Below, piece by piece: positions 19,788-28,941 of a stretch of DNA of 64,000 nt. The notes under the pieces were generated by a model. It made no database searches, was not told the origin of the DNA, and saw only the letters and a list, made by a program, of their open reading frames with translations. The DNA comes from an uncultured archaeon (GTDB lineage: Archaea > Iainarchaeota > Iainarchaeia > Iainarchaeales > Iainarchaeaceae). The translations under genes were made by a program, and so were the position numbers. The stretch's first letter is position 1. Every line of letters begins with the position of its first letter. The stretch is taken from positions 8,321 through 72,320 of the forward strand of contig CAYJWI010000003.1 of the NCBI GenBank assembly GCA_964373815.1, given 5' to 3'.

Positions 19788-20390
19788 CTATTTTTTCCCT
19801 TTCTTCTGCGCTTCCTTTTCCAAGATTTCCCTTTCCAGCTCCTCTAGCTTTTCCTCCACTTTTGAAAGTTTCTGTATTATGAACTCTTCTTGCAGCGCAA
19901 GGTTTCTGCCAGCGTCTTTCCTGTCAAGCGCAGAGTACGCAATTATTTCCTTAACTTTTTCCCTTCCTCCGCTGCGAAGCTTTGGCACATAGGTCTTCGA
20001 GTTTGCGACTGGCGTGTATTGCTCGGCTCCCGGAAGGGGTATTTTCCCGCCCAGCGGTGAGTGCGCTATTATTTCCTTAACTTTTTCCCTTCCGCCTTTG
20101 CGCAGCCTTGGTATGAAAGTTTTTTCCGCCTTCGGGAGCTCATTTTTCAGCGCTTGGATTATTTTTTCCCCATCCTCCCGGATTGCGGTTTTTTTCCTTT
20201 CAGCCGGCGAGACCTCTTCGAGTATTTTGAGCGCCTCGGATTTTGAAAACCCGAGTTCCTGCACGCCAAGTATGATGTCCTCGCGCGATGAGCCCTTGTC
20301 CACGAGCTTTTTGGCCGCCTTTACGAGCGCCTCCTTTTTTGCTTCCGTCATTAGCAACTCCTCATTTCCCTTTCTTTTAAACTTATCCAA
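19788..20390 (-). CDS. hypothetical protein with an internal tandem repeat (RLRKGGREKVKEIIAHSPL / KLRSGGREKVKEIIAYSAL)
   Basis: Protein- and DNA-level duplicated ~45-bp segments at about 19941..19985 and 20057..20100. Confidence 0.4.
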   Translation of the reverse strand: MDKFKRKGNEELLMTEAKKEALVKAAKKLVDKGSSREDIILGVQELGFSKSEALKILEEVSPAERKKTAIREDGEKIIQALKNELPKAEKTFIPRLRKGGREKVKEIIAHSPLGGKIPLPGAEQYTPVANSKTYVPKLRSGGREKVKEIIAYSALDRKDAGRNLALQEEFIIQKLSKVEEKLEELEREILEKEAQKKGKK

Positions 20391-20404
20391 TCCAAAAAAA
20401 AGCC

Positions 20405-21766
20405 TCAGAGACTGAACCTCTTGCCCGAAAAGCTTTCGATTTCGCGCAAAAAGGTTTCCTTCACGCTTTCGAGGTCCTTGCCCGTTTTTCCCTCGAACCT
20501 TATTATGAGCTTTGGCTGTGTGTTCGATGCCCGTACAAGTCCCCAGCCGTTTGCAAAAACAACCCTCGCTCCGTCCACATTAATTACCTTGTACTTTGCT
20601 GCAAAGTGCGCTTTCGCCTTCTCCACAAATTCAAATTTTTCGCTGTCCGCAAAATTGACCCTGTACTCGGGAGAGGAAGCGTACTGCGGCATTTCCGCTG
20701 CGAGTTCGCTCATTTTTTTCCCGGACTTAGAAAGTATTTCTAGTATTCTAACAGCCGCGAGCAGTGCATCGTCAAAGCCGTACCATTTTTCGGTAAAGAA
20801 CATGTGACCAGACATTTCTCCAGCGAGCTGGGCCTTCTCTTCTTTCATTTTCGCCTTGATGAGGCTATGCCCCGTCTTCCACATTATGGGCTTTCCGCCC
20901 TTTGCCTTTATCCAGTCCCCGAGCGCCTGCGTGCACTTGACTTCGAAAATTATTTTCGCGCCTTTTTCCCTTCCCAATAAATCCTTTGCGAAAACGCCAA
21001 GCAGCCTATCCCCATAGAGCAGTTTCCCCTTTTCATCCACCACCCCAATCCTGTCAACGTCCCCGTCGAACGCAATCCCTATGTCCGCCTTTTGCTTGAG
21101 CACTTCTTTCCCCAAATCCTTAACGTTCTTCTCATCCACGGGGTCCGGCAAATGGTTAGGGTAGGAGGGGATTTTTTTGCAGTAGAGGCAAATGGGCTCG
21201 ATTCCTGCCATGCGCAAAAGCTTCGGCGCGAGCTCGGACGCCATCCCGTTCCCCGCATCTATTACGACTTTCAGCTTCCCAGAAATTTTGACGGAGGAGC
21301 TTATTTCGTGCAAATACTCCTGCTCAAGGTTTGCCTCCCGCATTTTTCCCGCTCCCTGTGCGAACTTTCCTTTCTGCGCCGTTTGCAGTATTTCCTGTAT
21401 TTTTTCCCCGTAAATCGCATCCTTTCCAATCATCACCTTAAAGCCGTTGAACTCGGGAGGGTTGTGCGATGCGGTAACGCTTATGCCGCCATCTGTTCCG
21501 AGCTTGTGCACCGCGTAGTAAAGAAGCGGGGTTGGTATTTCGCCAATGTAGATAACATCCGTTCCCGTGCTCAAAATCCCTTTAAGCAGTTCTTTGAGTA
21601 TGCGCGGCCCGCTTGTGCGGTTGTCCCTGCCCACAGCCACCTTTTTGCCGCCGCCTTTGGCAACCATTGTGCCAAATGCCTTGCCTATCAGCTCCGCGGT
21701 CTTTGCGTCAATGTCGCGTTCGGCAATTCCGCGTATGTCGTACTCCCTGAATATTTCCGGGTTCAT
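20405..21766 (-). CDS. phosphoglucomutase/phosphomannomutase family protein
   Basis: Active-site serine loop TASHNPPEFNGFK. Confidence 0.8.
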   Translation of the reverse strand: MNPEIFREYDIRGIAERDIDAKTAELIGKAFGTMVAKGGGKKVAVGRDNRTSGPRILKELLKGILSTGTDVIYIGEIPTPLLYYAVHKLGTDGGISVTASHNPPEFNGFKVMIGKDAIYGEKIQEILQTAQKGKFAQGAGKMREANLEQEYLHEISSSVKISGKLKVVIDAGNGMASELAPKLLRMAGIEPICLYCKKIPSYPNHLPDPVDEKNVKDLGKEVLKQKADIGIAFDGDVDRIGVVDEKGKLLYGDRLLGVFAKDLLGREKGAKIIFEVKCTQALGDWIKAKGGKPIMWKTGHSLIKAKMKEEKAQLAGEMSGHMFFTEKWYGFDDALLAAVRILEILSKSGKKMSELAAEMPQYASSPEYRVNFADSEKFEFVEKAKAHFAAKYKVINVDGARVVFANGWGLVRASNTQPKLIIRFEGKTGKDLESVKETFLREIESFSGKRFSL

Positions 21767-21946
21767 CCAAGAAAAAAGGTCGGAAGCCTTTTTTAAAGCC
21801 TCTTGCCCCCTGCAAGCCTTTTCTTTTTTTTGGCGGCAGCTCTGGTTTGCGGCAAAAGCCGTTCCATGCCTTTTCTTTTTTTTGCCGCTTTGCCTTTTTT
21901 GCCAAAACCACCCTACGACCCCTTTTTATTTTTTTAACAGCATCTC

Positions 21947-22537
21947 TTGTTCATGCTTGTAGGAATTACCGGCGGCATCGCATCCGGAAAGTCGACCTTG
22001 CTCGGCATTTTCAGAGAGGAGGGCTTTGGCACTTTTGATGCGGATGCAGTGGTTCAGCGCCTTTACAACAACCCGAAGATTATCCGCCTGATAGGCCTAG
22101 AGTTCGGGGGCGGAATAATTTCGCAGGGAAAGGTCGACAGGAAAATGCTCGCACGCCTCGTTTTCGCTGACCATGAAAAGCTGGCAAGGCTCAACTCTAT
22201 TGTGCACCCCCTTGTGAGGAAAAAAATACGCGGGATATCAAATTCGGGAAAAATAGTGTTCGTGGAGGTGCCGCTGCTCTTTGAGGCCAAGTTCGACAAC
22301 CTGTTCACCAAAATAATTTTGGTCAAATCCTCCTCCGAAACCGCACTCAAGAGGGCGCTTGCAAAAGGCCTCTCGCCAGAGGATTTCGGAGAGAGGTCTG
22401 CATTCATGCTGCCTTTTGCGGCCAAGGAAAAGCTTGCAGATTTTGTGGTTGATTCCAACTGTCCGGTTTCCGCCCTGAAGGCTAGGGCGCAAGCAATATC
22501 AAAAGAATTGCTGGCAATTAGTCCGAAGGTGGGATGA
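21947..22537 (+). CDS. coaE: dephospho-CoA kinase, bacterial type
   Basis: P-loop VGITGGIASGKST, DAD, VHP and PLLFE motifs of CoaE. Confidence 0.8.
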   Translation: MFMLVGITGGIASGKSTLLGIFREEGFGTFDADAVVQRLYNNPKIIRLIGLEFGGGIISQGKVDRKMLARLVFADHEKLARLNSIVHPLVRKKIRGISNSGKIVFVEVPLLFEAKFDNLFTKIILVKSSSETALKRALAKGLSPEDFGERSAFMLPFAAKEKLADFVVDSNCPVSALKARAQAISKELLAISPKVG

Positions 22538-23043
22538 TGAATTCTGGGAAAATAGAGGGAGGGCTGAAAGTGAAGGCAGTCTACCCCGGCACTTTCGACC
22601 CATTCACCTTTGGCCATCTTGATGTCATAAAGCGCGGCCTGCGGCTCTTCGGCTCTGTCGTGGTCGGGGTTGCCGAGAACAAGTCCAAAAAGCCGATTTT
22701 CTCGGGCAAGGAACGAGTTGAGATGATCAAGGAGTGCCTCGCGGGTCTTGAAGGGGTAGAGGTGAAGCTCTTTGGTTCGCTGCTCGTTGATTTCGTGAAA
22801 AAGGAAGGCTGCTCGGTTGTCCTGCGCGGCCTGCGCGAGACCAGCGATTTTCCTTCAGAATTCCAGCACGCGATAGTGAACCGCCTGCTTGCAAGCGAGA
22901 TAGAGACGATTTTCGTGATGACAAACCCGGAGCATTTTTACGTAACCTCGAGCATTGTAAAGGAAGTCGCGGCCTATGGAGGGGATGTGGCAAAATTCGT
23001 CCCAGGCCCTGTTGCTAGGCGGATTAATGCGAAGTTCCGCTAG
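22534..23043 (+). CDS. coaD: phosphopantetheine adenylyltransferase, bacterial type
   Basis: AVYPGTFDPFTFGHLD signature of CoaD; 4-nt overlap with coaE. Confidence 0.8.
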   Translation: MMNSGKIEGGLKVKAVYPGTFDPFTFGHLDVIKRGLRLFGSVVVGVAENKSKKPIFSGKERVEMIKECLAGLEGVEVKLFGSLLVDFVKKEGCSVVLRGLRETSDFPSEFQHAIVNRLLASEIETIFVMTNPEHFYVTSSIVKEVAAYGGDVAKFVPGPVARRINAKFR

Positions 23044-23137
23044 GGCTAAATAGGCCAAAAACCCCGGAATAGCTTTAAATAGTACAATGATTCCATATTA
23101 TTGCAACTTTTTCGGGGCAAAATCCCCGATAGACCAA

Positions 23138-23152
23138 AAGGGAGGATGAAAA
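23138..23152 (+). promoter_or_regulatory. ribosome-binding site AAGGGAGGATG upstream of the pilin gene
   Basis: GGGAGGA 6-8 nt before the ATG at 23153. Confidence 0.35.
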
Positions 23153-23593
23153 ATGTTTTTGAAAGGTAAGAAGGGTCAGTCGGCCTTGGAATACCTGATG
23201 ACCTATGGCTGGGCGCTCGTCGTCATAGTCATAGTCGTTGCTGCTTTGGTCTTCCTGATTAATCCAAGTCAGGTAGGCGCAGAGAGCTGCACAGGGTTTT
23301 CAAAGATGCCTATAACCAACTTCAAGTTCAGCACAACCGGCCTTCAATATGAAGTGACGAACGAAACAGGAAGGGCGCTAACCAACGTCCAGTTCAGCGC
23401 TACATTCACGAACGGCGGAAGCACCACTTCAGTAGTTGATGCAAACACAACGATAGCGGCAAATGCCTCATCGAGCGTTGCATTCACAGGCCAGTCTTTC
23501 GCACCAGGATCGGTGACTGCAGACCTGACCGTGGTATACAGCGACGGCACCTATACAAGGAGCATAACAGGAACTTGCAGGGGCGCAGTTTAA
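23153..23593 (+). CDS. archaeal type IV pilin-like protein (class III signal peptide)
   Basis: N-terminus KGKKGQSALEYLMTYGWALVVIVIVVAALVFL is a typical archaeal prepilin signal plus hydrophobic helix. Confidence 0.65.
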   Translation: MFLKGKKGQSALEYLMTYGWALVVIVIVVAALVFLINPSQVGAESCTGFSKMPITNFKFSTTGLQYEVTNETGRALTNVQFSATFTNGGSTTSVVDANTTIAANASSSVAFTGQSFAPGSVTADLTVVYSDGTYTRSITGTCRGAV

Positions 23594-23616
23594 GCAATTT
23601 GATATAACAATAATTG

Positions 23617-23660
23617 GAATCCTCCCCCGGGTTCCAATTACCATTTTTTTTACCCAGTTT
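23617..23660 (+). terminator. hairpin (TTGGAA..TTCCAA) followed by T7 run downstream of the pilin gene
   Basis: ttggaatcctcccccgggttccaattaccattttttt. Confidence 0.35.
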
Positions 23661-23769
23661 ATGCTGCGCCATGCTCCAAAGCGGTTTTTTAGCCTAAAAA
23701 GCAAAATCCCAAATGCATTAGTACGCTTCTCAGGCGTACTTGGCTAGGAACCCGCAAAGCACTATATTT

Positions 23770-23863
23770 TATAGCAGACCATGAAAGTTTTTTCGGCATT
23801 TATGGTGGTCTGCTAGACAGCAAACCCTGAAAATTTACCGAATCATTTTCATGGTTTGCTATA
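23770..23863. repeat. double-hairpin near-palindromic element, copy 1 (TATAGCARACC motif x4 in alternating orientation)
   Basis: TATAGCAGACC..GGTCTGCTA and AGCAAACC..GGTTTGCTATA stems with ~26-nt loops; a second copy lies at 55385..55477. Confidence 0.6.
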
Positions 23864-23876
23864 GATTTATCCGCCA

Positions 23877-24872
23877 CTAAACAAGGTTCCCGAATACACC
23901 GACCAAGAGCGCCCTTACCGCGAAAAAGACCACGAATGCGGCAATCACGAGCGGGACAATGTATTTCACGCCGTTTATCTCCTTGCCAGTGTTGATTACC
24001 CCTATCGTTATGCAGGAAAATATGGTGGTGATGAAAAGCGTGACCATTGAAAAGGTGAGTATGAAATCGGTTGTGGCAGCAGAGTCCGAGCGCCCTCCTG
24101 TAAACCCCTTTATGAGCCCGAAGTTCGAGGATGTGGGAAGGCTCGCCACGTCAATTGTGGGCGTTGTGCTGATCTGCTTTGTGAGCACCTCGACTATGAA
24201 AGAGCTTATCCCGAAAAGCACCGGGGCGCCAAAAACCGCCGCAAAAAGTATAAGTAAAATGTAGATGGAGATGTTTGCGTTGGCTTCCTCCTCAAGCGAC
24301 TGCTGGCTCTTCAAATCATCAGAGAGGCGGAATAGCAGGTCGGCAATCTGCCCCCCGCTCCTAATGCCCCTTGAAATAAGCCACATTGTCTTTGAAAGCA
24401 CGCTCGAGTTTATGCCCTCGCTTATCCCGTTTAGCGCGTTCTCCATCCTCTCGCCCGAGGCAATCCTCTTGCTCGCGTTCTTCAGTTCAAGTTCTAGCGG
24501 CCCGAACTCCGGCCTTCCCGCGACAAAGAGTGATTTTTCTGTGGTAAGGCCGCTTTTCATGTTCGAAGCAATTAGCTGGAGCGCGTCGGGGAGGATTGAT
24601 TCGACGAATTTTCCCTTGCTCTCCGAACTGATCTTTAGCAAAAGGTATGCGGTGAAAATAATCCCCACAAAGGAAACAGGGAAGCCTACAAGTGGGCTTA
24701 TTGCGAAAAAAAGGAACGCGTTCGCCGCTATCCCGATTGAAAGCAGGGCACTGAAGAGCACAAGAAACCCCGCGAACTTGCGCACATCGATCTGTATGTG
24801 GTTGTAGGCGAACTGCCTGCCAAGGCCCTGCATTATCCCTTTTGGTATCAGCGCCGAAACCCTTGTATACAT
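23877..24872 (-). CDS. type IV pilus/archaellum platform protein, TadC/FlaJ-like half
   Basis: Polytopic membrane protein of ~330 aa. It follows the second platform gene, separated only by an in-frame TGA at 24873..24875. Confidence 0.6.
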   Translation of the reverse strand: MYTRVSALIPKGIMQGLGRQFAYNHIQIDVRKFAGFLVLFSALLSIGIAANAFLFFAISPLVGFPVSFVGIIFTAYLLLKISSESKGKFVESILPDALQLIASNMKSGLTTEKSLFVAGRPEFGPLELELKNASKRIASGERMENALNGISEGINSSVLSKTMWLISRGIRSGGQIADLLFRLSDDLKSQQSLEEEANANISIYILLILFAAVFGAPVLFGISSFIVEVLTKQISTTPTIDVASLPTSSNFGLIKGFTGGRSDSAATTDFILTFSMVTLFITTIFSCITIGVINTGKEINGVKYIVPLVIAAFVVFFAVRALLVGVFGNLV

Positions 24873-25772
24873 TCAATCGCCCAGAAGCGTAGGCCTTGAG
24901 GATTTTATTATCCCAAGGAACATGAACTGCCCCAATACTATAAAGCCAAGCATCCCCCAGAAAATCTGCTCGCTTATCGCAATCTGCGGGAAAGTGGAAA
25001 GTATTATGAGAAAAGTGAGCCCCAGCGCGGGTATTATCGCGCCGAGCATCATGTAGAGCAATGAAAGCAGTTTTAGTGAGTTGCCGTATTTCCTTACCTG
25101 GTTCCCTTTCTCTTTCGAGAGCTGCTCTACAAGCGCCTCCATTATCTGGCTAGTGTCAGAGCCGGCCCTGAGGCCATTCACCAGCTGCCATATGGCCCTG
25201 CGGAAGTATATGGAAGGGTTGTTTTCGCCGAGCTCCTCGAGCGCCTCGTTCTGGAAAGAGCCCGTCTCTATTTTTTCCACCGCTTTCTTGAATTCCTTGC
25301 TCACCTGCCCGTTATCCCCCTCCCCGACAATGTTTATCGCATCAAACAGCGTTACCCCGGACTTTATTTCCACAAGTATTGTGCGCAGCGCGAACACGAG
25401 GTTCCTCTCAAGGTCCCTTATTTTTTTCTTTATGAGTATTCTCGGGTAAAAGAGCAGTTGCACCAGCACGAGAATCGGCAAAGCAAACCCTATGAGGGCT
25501 GCCGCCTTGAGCGCGTTTTCCGGGGAGAACCTCTGCGCGAACGCATAGGTGGCAAAAAACGCGAACACAAAGTAGAAGAGGCAGAGGAAAACCATTATGC
25601 CACCATAAGCTTCCGCGCTTATCCCTATTTCCGCGAGCCCAAGCTCGCGCTTTAGCGAGGGAAAAATTTTTGCGATTGCGCCACCAGGGCCCCTCAACTT
25701 TCCCGCAATTTTGAGTGTGAGTGGCATTGGCAGCGGGCACATCGGGATTTTCGGGGCTTTGCGCTCGCTCAT
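24873..25772 (-). CDS. type IV pilus/archaellum platform protein, TadB/FlaJ-like half
   Basis: ~300-aa polytopic membrane protein; ATGA overlap with upstream ATPase gene. Confidence 0.6.
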   Translation of the reverse strand: MSERKAPKIPMCPLPMPLTLKIAGKLRGPGGAIAKIFPSLKRELGLAEIGISAEAYGGIMVFLCLFYFVFAFFATYAFAQRFSPENALKAAALIGFALPILVLVQLLFYPRILIKKKIRDLERNLVFALRTILVEIKSGVTLFDAINIVGEGDNGQVSKEFKKAVEKIETGSFQNEALEELGENNPSIYFRRAIWQLVNGLRAGSDTSQIMEALVEQLSKEKGNQVRKYGNSLKLLSLLYMMLGAIIPALGLTFLIILSTFPQIAISEQIFWGMLGFIVLGQFMFLGIIKSSRPTLLGD

Positions 25773-27274
25773 AGGAAATCAGGCCTCTTGTTCTGCTCTA
25801 CAAACTTCATTACTTCGTTTTGTTCGATATAGTATTTAGCCATTACCTTTCCGACATCATTGATGCTGCGCAGCTCGTTTTTCACGAGCCACTCCAAAAC
25901 TTTTTTCTTGCCGATAAGTTCCTTGTTTATTTCATCGTAAGTGAGGCCAGTGTGCATCGAGAGCTCGTCATATAGCCTTATGCTTTCAGAGTCCTTTCCT
26001 ATGCTATCATTCCCCGCCCTCCACCTGTAAAGGGTATTTGCTTTGAGGGTTTCCTCATTCCCCCTCTTCTCCGGGATGAACTCTGAGACCTGCAAAACCC
26101 TCCTTACACCAAGCCTCCTGTTCCTGAACATAACTACATTGAGGTGCACGGAATCAAGTACCGTGGGCGGGATGTTTATCGGCGGGTTTGTGAACCTTCT
26201 TATCGTCTCCTCCGCGGTGTTCGCATGGAACGTCGTGTAAACACTGTGGCCTGTGTGCATTGCCTCGAACATCACTTCCGCTTCGCTCTGCCTTCTTGTT
26301 TCGCCAATTATAATCCGATCAGGCCTCTGCCTCAAGCTGTTTACAAGCAAGTCAAGCATGTTGACTCCGCCCCTGCCTTCGGCGTTCGGCTCTCTTGTGG
26401 TCATGGGCACCCAGTGGAGGAAATCCGGCAAAATAAGTTCGCGCGTATCTTCAATAGTTATTACGCGGTGGTTTGCCTGCACAAAAGGGAGGCAGACATT
26501 GAGAAAGCTTGTTTTTCCGGAAGCTGTTCCGCCTGAAAGTATCATGTTCAGCTCGAACTGCATTGCGAGCCATATAAGCGCCATCACTTCGCTCGTGGTT
26601 GTCCGGTTATTTATCAAATCAGTTACTGTCCAAGGGTCCCTTCTGAACCTTCTGATGGTGATGGTGTTCCCTTTCCCGCTTATGGGGAAAAGGGTGGCGT
26701 TTGCCCTATCGCCCGTGATGAGGTGCGTGTCCAGCAGGGGATTGAGGATTGTTATCTGCTTTCCGCCCCTTCTTGCCATGATGTTTGCGTAGTTTTGTAT
26801 CTGCTCCTCGTTGTCAAGCATCACGTTTGTCTTGAGCCAGCCGAACTCCTTGTGATAGACCCACACGGGCTCCGCCGCATTGTTCACGACTATTTCTTCA
26901 AGGTTCCCATCGGAGAGCAGGAACTCTATTTTCCCAAGGCCGAGCATTTCATTTAGCAAAATCCCTATTATGGAGTCTTTTGTGAACTGATCCTCGTGCC
27001 CGAGCTCTTTTTTGAGTATGGTTTCCGCCTTTGCGCGGAACTGCTCCTTTAGCAGTTCTATGAACTTGGGGTCAAGGAACTTCTCGGCCTTTATGCTAGA
27101 ATCGGTTATCAGCTCGCGTTTCAGGTTTTCCAGAAGCGCCTTTGTCCCGGCCCCGTACTCCGGGATGTCTAGCAAATACCCGCGCACATAGTCGCCCTGC
27201 CTGTAAACTATTTTCACGGGGAACTTTATCCCCTCGGATTCCACTTCGTACTCCTTTAGCAGTTTGTCAGGCAT
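25769..27274 (-). CDS. FlaI/TadA/VirB11-family secretion ATPase
   Basis: Walker A GGTASGKTS and overall FlaI-like N-terminal plus ATPase domain. Confidence 0.85.
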   Translation of the reverse strand: MPDKLLKEYEVESEGIKFPVKIVYRQGDYVRGYLLDIPEYGAGTKALLENLKRELITDSSIKAEKFLDPKFIELLKEQFRAKAETILKKELGHEDQFTKDSIIGILLNEMLGLGKIEFLLSDGNLEEIVVNNAAEPVWVYHKEFGWLKTNVMLDNEEQIQNYANIMARRGGKQITILNPLLDTHLITGDRANATLFPISGKGNTITIRRFRRDPWTVTDLINNRTTTSEVMALIWLAMQFELNMILSGGTASGKTSFLNVCLPFVQANHRVITIEDTRELILPDFLHWVPMTTREPNAEGRGGVNMLDLLVNSLRQRPDRIIIGETRRQSEAEVMFEAMHTGHSVYTTFHANTAEETIRRFTNPPINIPPTVLDSVHLNVVMFRNRRLGVRRVLQVSEFIPEKRGNEETLKANTLYRWRAGNDSIGKDSESIRLYDELSMHTGLTYDEINKELIGKKKVLEWLVKNELRSINDVGKVMAKYYIEQNEVMKFVEQNKRPDFL

Positions 27275-28916
27275 TCTTGGCCACCTTACCCATATCCTTG
27301 CCTAGGTTCTTCTTTTTGAGCTTCTCGAGCTCCATCCTTTCGCGGTAATCGAGCGTCTGCGCGACCTGTTCGCCGAAAGCGGGGTAAACCACCTCAATCT
27401 GCCCCTCGTCTTTTAACAACTTGCAGCACTCCTCCACCTTTTCCCTCGGAATTCCGAGCTGCTTGGAAATTTCGCCGAACTTCGCGCTACCCTTTTCGGT
27501 TATGAACACCACTATCTTGTCAAAATCAGTCACAAGCCTGTGCTTTTGTATTTCAGTCGCAATCCCGACTATTTCCTGCAAAGGCTTCGAAGCCTGCGAC
27601 TCGGTTACAGGTATTGCGGTGCTTATCCTCTCCGCCTGCTTTTCGGATTGCCTGGTTTTTTTCTCGAGCTCGATTATGTTCGCGAGCCTGCTTATTGATT
27701 CCATTACATCGCTTGTGGATATTTTCCAGATTTTTTTCTCAATCTCCTTTTCCGGTATGCCGTATTTTTCCATCAGCGCATCCACCTTCCCTTCAAGCTC
27801 TTGGAGCTTTTTATCGTTTATTTTCCCCCCCGCCTTGTGCTCTATGAATGCTTTCAGTTTCTCCGAATCCGGGGCGCCCTCGAGGCTTTTTTCGAGCGCC
27901 TTTGCCTCGCTATAATGGCTCCTCTCCGCCGCGGAATTTCCTGTCCCGGATTTTTGCGCAGGCGCTCCGCTGTCCGTTCCTCCCATCTTGGCTTTCGCTT
28001 CTGTTGGTTTCCCTGTTTTTTCTCCGGATCCGGCCTTGTAGCCCCCAGCCTCTCCTGCGTTTCGCGGAGCGTTTTCTCCCTGCTTCGCTATTTTTTCAAG
28101 CGTCTGCTGCTGCTTTGCGAGCAGCGCCTCGATGTTTTTCGTGCTCGCGACTTTTTCGAGGTCGAAAGGTTTTACGTTCGGAACTATTTGTTTGGCCGTG
28201 GCGTTGAGTTCCTGCCTCTCGCCCGTCAGCTCTTTTTTCTGGATGTTCAGAATGTGCAGCTTTTCCCTCTGCTCCTCCATCCTCTGCCGAAATGTCTGCT
28301 CGTCTATCCGCCTTTTCAAAAAGCTCTGCTCCAAAAAATCCATGAGCGCCTTGGTTTCCTTTATTTCCGTGTCGATGCCGCGGTCCTGCGCCTTGATGCT
28401 GCCGTAAATTTCCTTCACTCCAACAAGGGCCTGCCTCTGGCTGAATTTCCTGCCTTTTATTCCGCCCTGCAGTCCCCGGATTTCGCCGCGAAGCCTCTTT
28501 ATTGTTTCCCTGTACTTGCTGATTTTTGCTTCGTCCGCGGCCTTGACCGCAAAAACGAATTTTCCCCTGCGCGAAAGGGTTTTTTCCCTGTTTTGGGCTT
28601 TTCGGGTTCCGTCATTTTTTTTTGCCGCAAATTTCCTGCCAGATATTTTCCCTTTTTGGGCAGCGGGTTTTCCTCCGCGCACGCTCTTTTCTTCCTTCTG
28701 CTGCCCTGGTTTTGTTTGTTGCACCAGCCCATTCGGGGCTCTTCTGGCAGCCACTGTTTTCTGCTGTGCAAGAGTAGCAGGTTTTGCTTCGGCTGGCTGC
28801 ACGAATTTCCACAAACCCCCGAAACGTGCTTGCTTTCTTGGCCCAGCACCGAAAACCCTTCTGATGGCTTCGAGTATGCTCTGCAATAAACCCATCTTGC
28901 CCACGCTTCCGCCCAA
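27267..28916 (-). CDS. Lys-rich coiled-coil protein with C-terminal winged-helix-like domain, first gene of the pilus operon
   Basis: Low-complexity K/E/Q-rich central region; C-terminal FGEISKQLGIPREKVEECCKLLKDEGQIEV resembles a wHTH; 8-nt overlap with the ATPase gene. Confidence 0.4.
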   Translation of the reverse strand: MGGSVGKMGLLQSILEAIRRVFGAGPRKQARFGGLWKFVQPAEAKPATLAQQKTVAARRAPNGLVQQTKPGQQKEEKSVRGGKPAAQKGKISGRKFAAKKNDGTRKAQNREKTLSRRGKFVFAVKAADEAKISKYRETIKRLRGEIRGLQGGIKGRKFSQRQALVGVKEIYGSIKAQDRGIDTEIKETKALMDFLEQSFLKRRIDEQTFRQRMEEQREKLHILNIQKKELTGERQELNATAKQIVPNVKPFDLEKVASTKNIEALLAKQQQTLEKIAKQGENAPRNAGEAGGYKAGSGEKTGKPTEAKAKMGGTDSGAPAQKSGTGNSAAERSHYSEAKALEKSLEGAPDSEKLKAFIEHKAGGKINDKKLQELEGKVDALMEKYGIPEKEIEKKIWKISTSDVMESISRLANIIELEKKTRQSEKQAERISTAIPVTESQASKPLQEIVGIATEIQKHRLVTDFDKIVVFITEKGSAKFGEISKQLGIPREKVEECCKLLKDEGQIEVVYPAFGEQVAQTLDYRERMELEKLKKKNLGKDMGKVAKNA

Positions 28917-28941
28917 TCGATTCTACTCTATATCTTTTATA

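Noticed and set aside
24870-24875. Possible TGA recoding or pseudogenisation joining the two FlaJ-like halves in one frame
   Set aside because: Each half is the size of a TadB/TadC protein, and the TGA is immediately followed by ATG as in coupled genes. Two genes is the simpler reading. I left it as a note within the pilus finding.
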